Source: a virus
DNA length: 64,000 nt
Reading direction: 5' to 3' (one strand)
Virus record (IMG/VR): IMGVR_UViG_3300037845_000036
Location: 33,059 to 97,058 of that record
Part shown: in pieces, positions 7,430 through 17,962 of the stretch
Layout: each line of letters starts with the position of its first letter
How positions within the stretch are numbered: position 1 is the stretch's first letter
Notes under the pieces: model-generated
What the model saw: only the letters and a program-made list of their open reading frames with translations
What the model was told of the DNA's origin: nothing
Database searches by the model: none
Position numbers and translations under genes: made by a program

Positions 7430-10400
7430 CTAAGCGGCAACTTGCTGCGGTATAATTATCTGTGTCGTTGTCGCCGGGTCCGACGCGCTAGGCGTGCCCG
7501 CAATATCTTTGGCGGAAGACGCTTCGATTGCTGAAGATGCTGCGTTGGCCTCCGCTTCCTGGGCATTTTGTTCCCTCTTCCGAAGAGAGTCTGCCAGATC
7601 GGCTAGATGCTTGCCTTGCGCCTCCACGTCAAGGTTGCGCCACGAATCCACTGAACCACTAGTAGCGCGCTTGACGCTTCCGCCGCGAGCATATCCTTGC
7701 GGGTGCGCGGGCTGCAAATCATTAGCGCGTGAGGCATCCAAGACACTCTGCATGATACGTTGTTTCATCCGATTCATAAACGTATTACGCGCGGCTGCAC
7801 TCATCGGACCATAGGTCTGATGCATCTCTAGGGCGAATTGTGGGTCTAGCAGCATACGATCGAGAATGTGATTGGCCGCTGTTTGTTGTGCGCTCTTAGC
7901 GGCTCCAAGTGCCGTTTTAGTGGCGAGACCTGCGAAAGCACCAAGCGGACCGCCGGCCGCCCAACCAAGCAGATGGCTCCCGACGTGTTCCCCGACCAGT
8001 CCCATTAACAGACCAGTTATACCGCTACGCGCGGCGCCCGGCGGGGCATGAGAAAATAATTCGCGCGTATCAGAACCGGCTCCCATTTTCGCTCTTTCAG
8101 CCAAGGTAGAGCGCTCCAAATCAGCCGACAGTGCGTCCCATTGCTGTTGTGATCCTGAGAAAACCGTAGTTAAAACGTCCTTATTCTGCTCAATGAAATT
8201 TGGCAGCTTTGTAGGCATCAGTGTCGGATGTTCACCGCCCGCCATTGCCGTACCCGTGAAATTACTCAGCAAATGATCAATGACGGCTTTTTGCACACCC
8301 TCCGTGGCGGCTTGATTGCCTGAGACAACATCCATTAGCGTCTTGGCTTTTTGCGCGCGATCAGTACCGCTAAACAATCGCGCAACCGCTCGTTCAGGAT
8401 CATCCTGCAGAAAGGCTCCCGCTACCGACTTTGTAAACGCATTCCTCTCGTTCAGATGGCGGCTGATCGCATCATCCAATGTTTGTTTTGCCGTTACCGC
8501 ATTGGTATAGCGATCCGTCACGCCAAGTTCCGACAGCGCGCCTTGGTGCTGTTGTATCCATGCAGACGCGGCTTTCGGGTCAACTTCGCCATTTTTGATG
8601 ACGCCTGCACGGTTGCCAAAATCAAGCGCGGCGTAATCGCGAGCGGCTTCTATCGCTTCTGGTCGGCTGCCCGTTAATTGTAAATAACGGCGCATTGATT
8701 CCCCGCCCTGTGGGCCAGCCTTCCAAAACTGAGGCAAAATCCCCGATTCGCCCCACCCTGGCTTTAGCGGATATGTCTTCTCATGATCAGCGAGCGCCTG
8801 TTGAATGCCGTCAAGCTGTTCCTGCGCCGCCTTTGCAGTTTGGAACTTTTCTAATAACTCGGGCCGCGAAGATAACGCGCCCTCAAGCGGCTTGTACCAT
8901 TTCTGATATTGATTGAGATCGAGTGTCCCGTCAGAACGCATCGCGCTCTTGCGCAGCGAGAATGATAGGGCATCGTCGAGTGCGGCTTGTGATTCGGGCG
9001 GGGCTACGGCGAGGAATTTATCAACTGCTTTCTTACCACCATTAGCCACTAACCACGGCACCTGTTCGTCAGATAGTTTGTAACTGTCGTATGCACCTCC
9101 CTTTTGTAGCATCTTGCCAACGGCGTGAAGTTGACCTGCTGTCTCGCCGCTATAGCCGCGCTTCATCTCCGCATATTCGTTATTCCACTGAGCGAACTTG
9201 GCGCGCGCTTCGGGTGTAAGCGGTGTCAGGGCAGGAGTCTGCGGAACTCCCTGATCGAGCGGAGAACTCCCAGATCCCCCTCCCGTGCCGCTCCCGCTGA
9301 TACCACCTTCAGGTAATGCTCCCTCTCGTAAGGCGACATTGCCTTGGTTCGCTGCTTCAAGTATTCCACGCCCTGTCTCATCTCGGCTTGCGGCGCGAAG
9401 GGCGGCTGGATTGCTACCGTAGACACGGGCAGCATCTTGCGCAAAATTCGGCCCTACGCCAAGCGTATTCCGTTCAATGTTGCCAAACCGCTCATTAATC
9501 CCCGGCATCCCAGGGTTGATCGCGCCCACATCTTCAAGTCGTTGGGTGTCCGAAATCGCGTCATTCGTCGCTTGGTCGATACCGCCCTTGAGTCTGATCA
9601 GCCGCACAGCCTCTTGCGGGGTATGGTCAGAAACGTTCTTTAGCCGCGCATTGATGTCGGCGCGGAGGCGGAATGCATCGTCAATCGGGATAACGTTGCC
9701 CCAATTATCAACCCGATCGTACAGTTTATTTTCCATCGCGCCGAACATATCGGGCGAAAAATCCTGCGTGAGTTGCTGGCGCGCCTGTTTGATGGCGTCA
9801 GGGCGCATACCCATTGTTCCATTGGGATCAATACTCTGCCTCAGTTGATCCAACCGCGCGCGCTCGGCGAGATATCCTTCCTGAGTTGGATCGCGCATTA
9901 CACTGCCATACTTGGCAAATGCGATGTCCTGTGGCGTTGTCGCCGCTTCCTCGCCGCCTATTTGATTTGTCGCTTCAGAAAGCTTCTGCTGTGCAGCCGT
10001 TTCGGCTGATGCTAACGCTTGGCCTGCTGGCGCACGTTCTGCCTCAATTGCCGTCCGCGCTGTTTGCCCTTGTTCTTCGGGCGTCATCGTTGGCGTAATA
10101 GGCGCGCGGGCCATGGCGGCGTTTTGCTGTTCCGCATCAATCGTTTTCTGATGGGCTAAGTCAATATTTTCTAAGACCTTTCGTACCTCATCTTGCGCGT
10201 TAACGGGTGATGCATTGGCGGGTGCCATACCTTCCATCTTCTGAACGCGTGCCGCATTATTTGATATGTTCTGCTCACGCAGCGCGTTGCCCAATTCTGA
10301 ATCGTTCGGGCTAAGCCGTGAACGGGCGCGCTGTAGGGCCAACAACCCCGGATCGTTCGCCACTTCCGCTGTGGTCGGCTTTGAGCCTGGGATAAGCTCT

Positions 10401-11332
10401 GCCTGATCAGCCGCTAGCCGTTGCTGCAATACATCCATTGACGCTTCGGGCGTGGATGCCGCACCCATTGCAGCGTTATATCCCGCTTGTTCTGTGGCGG
10501 TCTTACGTGCACTGGGTGTGAGCGCGGGAGTGACGGCACGCGCGCCCTCAATACCAAGCGCGGGGCCTAACGCCCCAGCCATCTCGCCAAGAGGCCGTGC
10601 AACTTCTGACGCAATTTTTGAATTGGGCCACTCTTTGTTCGCCGCTTCTTGCGCAATTTCCCCCGTTCCGCCGCTGACTGCCCCCAATGCGGCACTCCCG
10701 ATAGGGTTGCCGGGCGAAATACTTGATAGCGCTTCCCCTACTCGCGGCAGGCCGCCAGCAGTCGCTAGTTTCCCCGCAACCCCCGGCCCCGCAAAAGCTG
10801 TTGCGGCGCTGACTGCTTGCTGCAGCACCTTGCCACCCCACGTCGTCGGTTGCGTATTTTCAGTTGTTGGCAATCCTGATTCCGTTGCTTTTTTATTCCA
10901 CCACTCTGACCCGAGTGGCATATTTTGGATGAACGGTGAACTCTCAATTTCTTGCTTCCTTGCGATCATCCGCTTGTACGCTTCATCATCAATACCAAAC
11001 ATCGCCGCTATCGTGTCGAGCGGATGGGCAACATCGCTAGCCAATTCTCTACCAGAACCGCTAACGGCATTGATTGCCCCCTGTGCCACATCAGCGGGGA
11101 TTCCTAATGCTCTTGCGCCGCCTGTAACTAGTCCAGATTCGGCGGATGAAGTCAGGGACGGCTCCTCTTTTGTTTTTGGTGGAGGCGGAATGGCACCTTT
11201 TAACCCAGACGTTATGTCGGAAGAAAATGCATCTAGCGGGCTACCAGAGGTTAGCGCAGTTGATGACGAAGGTGGCGCGGCCGTATTAACAGCCGTCGCT
11301 AGATCTGCTGTGAACGGGTCAACGTCAGCCAT
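7430..11332 (-). CDS. Large internal virion/ejection protein
   Basis: 1300 aa, Ala/Gln-rich helical with Gly-rich hydrophobic segments; follows the other ejection gene; YARGGSV near the C-terminus. Confidence 0.7.
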   Translation of the reverse strand: MADVDPFTADLATAVNTAAPPSSSTALTSGSPLDAFSSDITSGLKGAIPPPPKTKEEPSLTSSAESGLVTGGARALGIPADVAQGAINAVSGSGRELASDVAHPLDTIAAMFGIDDEAYKRMIARKQEIESSPFIQNMPLGSEWWNKKATESGLPTTENTQPTTWGGKVLQQAVSAATAFAGPGVAGKLATAGGLPRVGEALSSISPGNPIGSAALGAVSGGTGEIAQEAANKEWPNSKIASEVARPLGEMAGALGPALGIEGARAVTPALTPSARKTATEQAGYNAAMGAASTPEASMDVLQQRLAADQAELIPGSKPTTAEVANDPGLLALQRARSRLSPNDSELGNALREQNISNNAARVQKMEGMAPANASPVNAQDEVRKVLENIDLAHQKTIDAEQQNAAMARAPITPTMTPEEQGQTARTAIEAERAPAGQALASAETAAQQKLSEATNQIGGEEAATTPQDIAFAKYGSVMRDPTQEGYLAERARLDQLRQSIDPNGTMGMRPDAIKQARQQLTQDFSPDMFGAMENKLYDRVDNWGNVIPIDDAFRLRADINARLKNVSDHTPQEAVRLIRLKGGIDQATNDAISDTQRLEDVGAINPGMPGINERFGNIERNTLGVGPNFAQDAARVYGSNPAALRAASRDETGRGILEAANQGNVALREGALPEGGISGSGTGGGSGSSPLDQGVPQTPALTPLTPEARAKFAQWNNEYAEMKRGYSGETAGQLHAVGKMLQKGGAYDSYKLSDEQVPWLVANGGKKAVDKFLAVAPPESQAALDDALSFSLRKSAMRSDGTLDLNQYQKWYKPLEGALSSRPELLEKFQTAKAAQEQLDGIQQALADHEKTYPLKPGWGESGILPQFWKAGPQGGESMRRYLQLTGSRPEAIEAARDYAALDFGNRAGVIKNGEVDPKAASAWIQQHQGALSELGVTDRYTNAVTAKQTLDDAISRHLNERNAFTKSVAGAFLQDDPERAVARLFSGTDRAQKAKTLMDVVSGNQAATEGVQKAVIDHLLSNFTGTAMAGGEHPTLMPTKLPNFIEQNKDVLTTVFSGSQQQWDALSADLERSTLAERAKMGAGSDTRELFSHAPPGAARSGITGLLMGLVGEHVGSHLLGWAAGGPLGAFAGLATKTALGAAKSAQQTAANHILDRMLLDPQFALEMHQTYGPMSAAARNTFMNRMKQRIMQSVLDASRANDLQPAHPQGYARGGSVKRATSGSVDSWRNLDVEAQGKHLADLADSLRKREQNAQEAEANAASSAIEASSAKDIAGTPSASDPATTTQIIIPQQVAA

Positions 11333-14300
11333 TACTGATATAACCCATTTGCTTTAGCATATTCATTTTCTCGGGCTAGCCGTTGCAAAACCGCTTGTCC
11401 GTCACCCGTTTGTTGCCATTGAGAGAAAAGCGAACGCCGTTCTGTCGGGTCCATACGGCGTAGGACGAACGTATACGGTGTCACCGGAGCCGTTGCCTGC
11501 CAATTGCTTTCAAATCCCTCTACATGGCCTACACCGCCATGCCCTTCTTCCCATTGCTGTTGCGCCCGCGCTTTGGCGATTTTGTAATCATTAAGCCCCT
11601 CGTATTCACCAACAACTTGTTGTAGACCTTTAGGAGACATTTCTGGGCTAGGAAGTGTAGAACTAATGAACTGCATCTCTTGGAAAGCCGCCCGTGAAGA
11701 TACCTCCTTAGTTGCCTGACGAGTAAGATTCCCAGCATTTTTGACAAAATCTTCAAAACTAGCCACCTGTCCATCATATGAAGGATCAATTAGGCGCAAG
11801 TACCTACTTGCCTCTTGAGCCACGCCCGCAAACGGGCCTTGTACAAATTTCGGCGCGTCGGTTGCTAGGCGCTGCAACGTCGCCTGTTGACTCTGCGCGG
11901 ACTGCGCTTCGGCAAGAACCGCCTGTCGATCTTTTTGCTCAGTTTGGGCGCGGGCGACTAGCGCCTCTCTAGCACCAGGGCCAATTTCGGCCAGCATCGG
12001 GGCAGTGGGGGATGCGGCGCTGACATTGGTTGCGGCGGGTGCGGGAGTTGGAGCAGCCGAAGGCAGTTTCTGTGCTTGAGGTTGAATCTGAGGTTGTGGG
12101 GGCGTCCCACTATTCCCCGGCAATGGTGGGGCCATATAGGTACGGTATTTGTTCCCTTCTGCGTCGGTAGTTTCAGTCAAAGTCGGAACAGATGCGATGG
12201 CTTTGCCGCCTTGGAATATAACGCTGCCGGGACGAGTTGGCGTATACGTGTATTCTGATCGTGCCTTTTGTTCCGCTCCGGCTATTTCCCCAGCGACCTG
12301 CGGGTACATTTTTAGCAAACCAGACCTAGCCTCAATCAGTCTTGCGACGGTTGCCTGATTTTCCGTCAATTTAGTCGGCTCCCATACCATAGCGCGCCGC
12401 ACTTGGGCGATTTGCGCATCTATGGATTGGATTTGATTGTCCACTATTTCTTTAGTCGAACCAGGAGCACTATTCCCATATGTTGGTGGCAGCGGCAATC
12501 CAGTTAACGATGATGTTGCCGTCGCGCCCGCCGACGCTGTTGCTGCCCCATTTCCCTGACCAGTGGCGGCAACTGGCATTGGATTTGTATCTGTTCCCTT
12601 TACCGCTCCCGCAACAGGCGCACCCCCCGCCGCCGGTACCGCCGAACCTCCCGCCGCGTCAATTGCCGCTTGCATCTGGTGTGGTAACAACGCTGTATTT
12701 AGACGCGCAATATCGGCCTGCGCTTGCTTTAATTGACCTTCAGGTATCTGCGCCTGCTGTTGTTCAACGGTTTTCAACCCCGTCTGCAAGCCTTCACCTA
12801 CTGCCACGCCCATGTGCGGCGAGCGGGACGCCAGCATGCCCGCGCCAGTCGCGATCAGCGGCATCCATGGCGAGTTATAGAAATTGGAAGTCTTGTTGTT
12901 ATCGCCAGACTGGATTTTCGCTAAGATATTTTTGATCGATTCCGAGAGATCACCCGTACCTGCATTGGTAGTACCCTGAGCCGCTGGCGGTGATGGCAAT
13001 CCGGTAGTCTGAACGCCCGTTGGGTGCCCCAATCCGCCGCCGCCGCCACCTGGCCCAACCGCAACCCCACGCTCAAAATACTTATCCCATAATGTTTGTG
13101 CCGATGCCCGATCGGGCGCATTCAGAATTTCCTTCCAATGTGTCGTGGCAATCGGATCGCCGCCCGTCACTTCCTTCAATGCAAATTGGTTTTGAATATT
13201 AGGATCTGTCCATGATCCACTTTGTCCCGCCGCAAACGCTTGAAGGCCAGAGAGCCGCGTATCGTGATGCTGATAGAGACCGCCGCTTGGGGAGCCTTTA
13301 TCGTCAGGGTTCCACGCGTTAGGATCATAATGGCTTTCTCGGTAAACGCTATCGGCGATCCCTTCAGCCACATGCTGCGGGGCACCGCTGTTGACCCAGA
13401 AATTGACAACATCATCCCGCGATATCGCGGGCGGTTTTCCGCTCACGAGAGGCTTCACGGCTGATGGCGGAGGCGCGCCTAAGCCACCCGAGACCATGCC
13501 GCCGCCGACAGGCGAGGTAGTCGCCGGAACGCCAGCGCCCGGTGGTGCCACTAATCCCGATCCAAACACCTGATCGCTAGGCACAACAGGAAGGTGTGTG
13601 CCAGCGTTAGGATCAGCAGCATTCGCCTTCATGGCATCAACAGGCGTTATCGGTAAACCAGCACCGGCCGTGTTAGGCGTGACTCCGCCGGTAGGCTCAG
13701 TCGAATACGGCATGCCTTTTGAATTTATTTTCACTCCCGGAGGAAGTGCCGAAGTTTGCGGTAGCGATTGCGGAACCGCAACATCTGTTCCGTTATTGGT
13801 TATGGCAACAACGGGGGTTATCGGCAAATCCCCAGGGTCCAACCCTCCGCTCGGTTGATTTGTTTTCCGCACAATCTCGGGCGGGCCAACATTGTTCGGA
13901 TCATCAACGCCAGGGCTGCCGCCATCATCAAATCGCTCCAATCCCATCCGCCCGCCACGCGCCGCCGTAGCGGTGGGAGTAGCTTGCCCCTGTGCGCCCG
14001 TCCCCACAGTCGGATTCATCTTCCGTATCTGCAACGCGCGCTGTATCGCAACACCTTGCGGCGTTGTCGCGGGATAGCGTAGCGCCAATTCTTGCAATTG
14101 TTCGGCTGGGAGTTGGGAGTATTGCGCGACAAGGTTCTGTTGTAGCGGCGCTCCCGCTCCCGACGCCATCGCACCAGCCTGCGCGACAGCAACACCACCG
14201 CCCGCATCATACGGTCTTAACCCCGACGAAGATGGTGCCACCGCACCGCCAAGCGATGATCCGCCACCTACAGTCCCGGAATTGCTAGAGCTACTGCCGC

Positions 14301-16821
14301 CATTGAACAACTTCCCCAACCCCTGTGCGCCGCTCAGCACAGAAAGCCCCTGAGTAAGTGGGTTTTGCTGTTGCGGCATCGAAGGTGTACTGGGCGCACT
14401 CAATGTCCGCGATGGCGCGCTGGTTGTCGGGATATATCCTTTAGAGAGATCTGGAATCGACAGCGTGACGGACGGCATCGAAGCCGATGTACCATTTTGC
14501 ACCGCTCCGCCACCATCGTATTTGACGCGCCCACCCGCAGCCGCAAAGATCTTCGCGGCTAGCAAGCCAGCCTGAAGCAGACCGCCCAACGCGCCGCTGC
14601 CGCCCGATTGCGTTTGCGTCTGCGTCGTCACAGGCTGCATAAAGTTTTGATGTAACCCGCCGCCTAAAGATCCGGGTTGCGGAGGTGTGCCTAACCCGCT
14701 TGCTCCGGGAACAACCGAAACAGACAAATCAGGCGGCGGCGGGACTAATCCACCGCCTGCGTACCGATTCTTTGCGTTTGGTGCCGACCCATTTGGAGAA
14801 TCCCCTAGAATTCTACCGCCAGCTTTAGCCGTATCTCCCATCCACGGGGTAACATCACTGCCCCCTCCGTAATCCCCGCCCTCACTCCCACCAAACAAAC
14901 CCGACAGATACCCACTAGACCCAAACGCACCCGTCGCACCAAGAATACCAGCACCCGCTAATCCACCGCCTAGCAGTTCCGAGCCAAGATTTGGCCCTGG
15001 ATACGTGGTTGATCCCGTACCGCCCGATGCGCCGCCCAACCCTTCAGCAATATTTGATAACCACCCCGTTGTCTGGAACGGATAGGCTTGCTGTTGGATA
15101 AACTGCTCATACGGGACATTCAATTCATTCTGCAACTGCGCCTGCTGAACGCTACCCGCATTCAACAGCGAACTCGCACCTGTTAATCCCGTGTTTAGCG
15201 CTTCATTACCAAGATTTGCTATGCCGTAACCCGCACCTTCACCAAGCCACCCCGTCGCTTCCTGGGCACCAACACCCGCTTGCTGCTGAGTGTTGAACTC
15301 GCCCAACTCGCCCTGACCGATACCCATGCCAAGTTGCCCAGCGCCCAGCAAGCCAGACTCAGTAAGCTGCCCCGTCCCCAACTCCAACTGTCCGGCATTA
15401 GTGAGACCGGATTCTGTAAGCTGGCCGGCACCCAATCCTAATTGACCCGTCCCCAACCCGAGTTGGCCCGCGCCCAATCCCAACTGCCCCGCACCAAGCA
15501 TTCCTGATTCGGTGAGTTGCCCGGCACCTAATCCAAGCTGGCCAACACCGAGTCCCAATTGTCCCGCGCCAAGCCCCAACTGGCCGGCGCTCGCTTCCAA
15601 TTGGCCAGCATTGGTCAGGCCAGACTCGGCGAGTTGACCCGCTCCCAACCCCAATTGGCCACTCGCAGCTAACCCGGCCTCCGTCAACTGGCCAGCGCCC
15701 AACTGCATCTGCTGTTCGGCGTTTAACTCTTGCTGTGCCTGCGAGAACCCCTGTTGTTGGATACCGGCGATGACAGGGGCCTCCGCCGTCTGTTGCTGCC
15801 CTGCCGTGAGAGCCTGCGCCACCGCTTCCCGATCACCACCAAAAGCACCTGCCGCAGCGGCGTTGCCTTGGATCTGCGCCTGTTGAATGGCGTTCTGTTG
15901 ATTGAATTGTTGTTCTGTTGTCGCCGTTACATCTTGCTGATACGGATTAAAATATGTCGGCAACGCACTGTAATCGGTTGCCTTAGCCGTGTACGGCGAT
16001 ATTGCTCCCGGAATGCTCGCCCCAGTCGCGGCAGCTTGGGTTGCGTAAGGGTTGACGGTTCCCGGCAACTGGCCCGCGATTCCCGAAATCGAATTAGCCG
16101 CTCCTTCCGCACTCGCCTCACCCGTCGCTGCCGCCCCAGCACCCCCAGAACCAGTCGCAAAATTTGTATAATAATTAAGCGCCGAAGGAACCTGCCCCGC
16201 CAAATTTTCGGCCGTAGTAGCCCCAGTTGATGCCGTCCCTGCACCACTCGGTCCCATAGCCAGTCCGGTATAGGGACTAAGCGCACCCGGCATGCTTCCA
16301 GCCAAACCAAGCGTCGTTGGCGACGAACCATATCCATATCCCGCAGGAGGAACGGCGGTATCGCCCTGACCAGAAATTATGGCATTAGGCGCGGGTGTTT
16401 GCGGTGTCTGCGGCGCATATGCATTATTGACACCTGTAATCCCACTCAACTCTGATGGAAGCATTCCGGCGAGGCTACCCGCATTGGTGTACTGCCCAAG
16501 CCCCATTCCCGGCAAATTATACGCCCCCGGAAATTCCATCGGCGTAATCGGATTCGATGCACTCTCCATCAAATTATTCGCAGCGCCGATGTACGGGTTC
16601 GAGACTCCTTGGAGTCCCGCAACCTCGCTTAGCGCTTGGTTCTGATACGGCTGTAACGGCGCTACAATATTCGGGGCGCCCGCGCCGCCAGTCGGATATT
16701 GATTAAGCGGAACACCCGCGACATTCTGCGCCTGTGCTAGAACATTACTATAGGCGTCAAGAAATTGTTGCGGCGGTTGACTAGAGCTAGTCACCGTATT
16801 ACTTCCACTCGACCCGCACAT
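11332..16821 (-). CDS. Giant ejection/DNA-transfer protein with phage-tail-lysozyme-like domain
   Basis: 1829 aa; MCGSSGS start; YFNPYQQDV, AAGAFGGDR, QQAYPFQ ejection-type motifs; GIADSVYRES...GLYQH..R...QNQFALKE muralytic domain at about 13050-13410. Confidence 0.75.
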   Translation of the reverse strand: MCGSSGSNTVTSSSQPPQQFLDAYSNVLAQAQNVAGVPLNQYPTGGAGAPNIVAPLQPYQNQALSEVAGLQGVSNPYIGAANNLMESASNPITPMEFPGAYNLPGMGLGQYTNAGSLAGMLPSELSGITGVNNAYAPQTPQTPAPNAIISGQGDTAVPPAGYGYGSSPTTLGLAGSMPGALSPYTGLAMGPSGAGTASTGATTAENLAGQVPSALNYYTNFATGSGGAGAAATGEASAEGAANSISGIAGQLPGTVNPYATQAAATGASIPGAISPYTAKATDYSALPTYFNPYQQDVTATTEQQFNQQNAIQQAQIQGNAAAAGAFGGDREAVAQALTAGQQQTAEAPVIAGIQQQGFSQAQQELNAEQQMQLGAGQLTEAGLAASGQLGLGAGQLAESGLTNAGQLEASAGQLGLGAGQLGLGVGQLGLGAGQLTESGMLGAGQLGLGAGQLGLGTGQLGLGAGQLTESGLTNAGQLELGTGQLTESGLLGAGQLGMGIGQGELGEFNTQQQAGVGAQEATGWLGEGAGYGIANLGNEALNTGLTGASSLLNAGSVQQAQLQNELNVPYEQFIQQQAYPFQTTGWLSNIAEGLGGASGGTGSTTYPGPNLGSELLGGGLAGAGILGATGAFGSSGYLSGLFGGSEGGDYGGGSDVTPWMGDTAKAGGRILGDSPNGSAPNAKNRYAGGGLVPPPPDLSVSVVPGASGLGTPPQPGSLGGGLHQNFMQPVTTQTQTQSGGSGALGGLLQAGLLAAKIFAAAGGRVKYDGGGAVQNGTSASMPSVTLSIPDLSKGYIPTTSAPSRTLSAPSTPSMPQQQNPLTQGLSVLSGAQGLGKLFNGGSSSSNSGTVGGGSSLGGAVAPSSSGLRPYDAGGGVAVAQAGAMASGAGAPLQQNLVAQYSQLPAEQLQELALRYPATTPQGVAIQRALQIRKMNPTVGTGAQGQATPTATAARGGRMGLERFDDGGSPGVDDPNNVGPPEIVRKTNQPSGGLDPGDLPITPVVAITNNGTDVAVPQSLPQTSALPPGVKINSKGMPYSTEPTGGVTPNTAGAGLPITPVDAMKANAADPNAGTHLPVVPSDQVFGSGLVAPPGAGVPATTSPVGGGMVSGGLGAPPPSAVKPLVSGKPPAISRDDVVNFWVNSGAPQHVAEGIADSVYRESHYDPNAWNPDDKGSPSGGLYQHHDTRLSGLQAFAAGQSGSWTDPNIQNQFALKEVTGGDPIATTHWKEILNAPDRASAQTLWDKYFERGVAVGPGGGGGGLGHPTGVQTTGLPSPPAAQGTTNAGTGDLSESIKNILAKIQSGDNNKTSNFYNSPWMPLIATGAGMLASRSPHMGVAVGEGLQTGLKTVEQQQAQIPEGQLKQAQADIARLNTALLPHQMQAAIDAAGGSAVPAAGGAPVAGAVKGTDTNPMPVAATGQGNGAATASAGATATSSLTGLPLPPTYGNSAPGSTKEIVDNQIQSIDAQIAQVRRAMVWEPTKLTENQATVARLIEARSGLLKMYPQVAGEIAGAEQKARSEYTYTPTRPGSVIFQGGKAIASVPTLTETTDAEGNKYRTYMAPPLPGNSGTPPQPQIQPQAQKLPSAAPTPAPAATNVSAASPTAPMLAEIGPGAREALVARAQTEQKDRQAVLAEAQSAQSQQATLQRLATDAPKFVQGPFAGVAQEASRYLRLIDPSYDGQVASFEDFVKNAGNLTRQATKEVSSRAAFQEMQFISSTLPSPEMSPKGLQQVVGEYEGLNDYKIAKARAQQQWEEGHGGVGHVEGFESNWQATAPVTPYTFVLRRMDPTERRSLFSQWQQTGDGQAVLQRLARENEYAKANGLYQ
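15300..15710 (-). repeat. Degenerate 21-bp coding tandem repeat (GLGAGQL / TESGLLG heptads)
   Basis: GLGAGQLGLGVGQLGLGAGQLTESGMLGAGQL... in the ejection protein. Confidence 0.8.
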
Positions 16822-16982
16822 TACTTGTGCGCCCCAGTGTTTATTTTGGTTAATATTATCGAATACTGCTCAGACATTACTTCGCGCTCCGGGGCGGTAC
16901 CCGGAAGAACAACCCGCTGTTCAAGCCGTGGTAGAGTAAATAGACCCAGCGCGTGAGGGTCGAACGATTACATTAGCACAAA

Positions 16983-17459
16983 TCAGCGAATCAAGAAAAT
17001 AGCACCGATCTGTTCTCCACGCCGCGCCCACCAGCGGCGCTTGGCCTCAAATCGCTTCCGCGATGTTACCGATGTAAAAAATGGGACTTCATGACCGGAT
17101 TCCAAGGCGAACAATGCCTTGATGTACTGCACCCACGCCATCAGATCATCGGAGTAGCCTGTACCCTTGCGATATTCCAGTCGGACAAACAGCCAAAGCT
17201 CGTGCCAATAGAACTGTTTGGAATACCAAAATTTATTCATCACAAGACCGACGCTGGCGGCTATCACGCCATTGGGCGCATCGATCACGCCATGCATGCC
17301 GCCGTTTTTCTGCGTTCCCAATCGAATATGGGCGCGTACCTCATCTTCGTCATGCGCAAAACCTAACGAATTATCGCGCTCCAATCCCAACAAAAGATCG
17401 TAAAGCGCATCTTCATCAGCCTCGCCAGCAATGCGGACGTTGGCCGGCCTCTCGATCAT
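16983..17459 (-). CDS. GNAT-fold acyltransferase-like protein
   Basis: VRIAGEADE, ELWLFVRLEYRKGTG, terminal GEQIGAIF. Confidence 0.65.
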   Translation of the reverse strand: MIERPANVRIAGEADEDALYDLLLGLERDNSLGFAHDEDEVRAHIRLGTQKNGGMHGVIDAPNGVIAASVGLVMNKFWYSKQFYWHELWLFVRLEYRKGTGYSDDLMAWVQYIKALFALESGHEVPFFTSVTSRKRFEAKRRWWARRGEQIGAIFLIR

Positions 17460-17962
17460 GAAACTGCGGGCAGATGACGGAAAATAGCCCCTGCTGTCTT
17501 GAAATGGCGACTTACCAGCCTCGCCTTTGGCGCATCAATCTGTGGCGTCCATTCCTCTAGTAAAATTGGACGGCCGATCTCATCGGCAAATTGGCGGGCC
17601 GCGATCAAAAGACTACGTGCATGTCCTGTTAACCGCGCTTCCGGCAGCACGACGTTCCATACCGAGCGCAGATAGTGTGAACGCGACAGCATCGGGCGCT
17701 CTATCTTGATACCAAGACTCGCCTCAATACCGCTGTCTCCCCGAATGATTAGCGCAATCCCGCCGACACGGTGCGTGAAATCCTTCACCAGCGCGGCGAT
17801 CAAATCCTCTTCAGCCCGCCCCTCATCTACCTCGTCCTTTACCTCAAACAGAAACCGCAGCAGGTCGTCATAATCATTAATCGCCGCGAACCCCACGGGT
17901 GACAACGGGCGCGGTGGCTTGGTGGCGGGGCCTTTTCTGAGAAACCCGTGTTTACTACTCAT
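17456..17962 (-). CDS. Second GNAT-fold protein
   Basis: WNVVLPEARLTGHARSLLIAARQFADEIG; terminal AGAIF as in its neighbour. Confidence 0.6.
   Translation of the reverse strand: MSSKHGFLRKGPATKPPRPLSPVGFAAINDYDDLLRFLFEVKDEVDEGRAEEDLIAALVKDFTHRVGGIALIIRGDSGIEASLGIKIERPMLSRSHYLRSVWNVVLPEARLTGHARSLLIAARQFADEIGRPILLEEWTPQIDAPKARLVSRHFKTAGAIFRHLPAVS

Noticed and set aside
10452-11357. 301-aa plus-strand ORF (likewise 39038..39760, 45717..46616 and many shorter ones)
   Set aside because: Antisense shadows of real minus-strand genes; biased composition, no RBS or domain motifs
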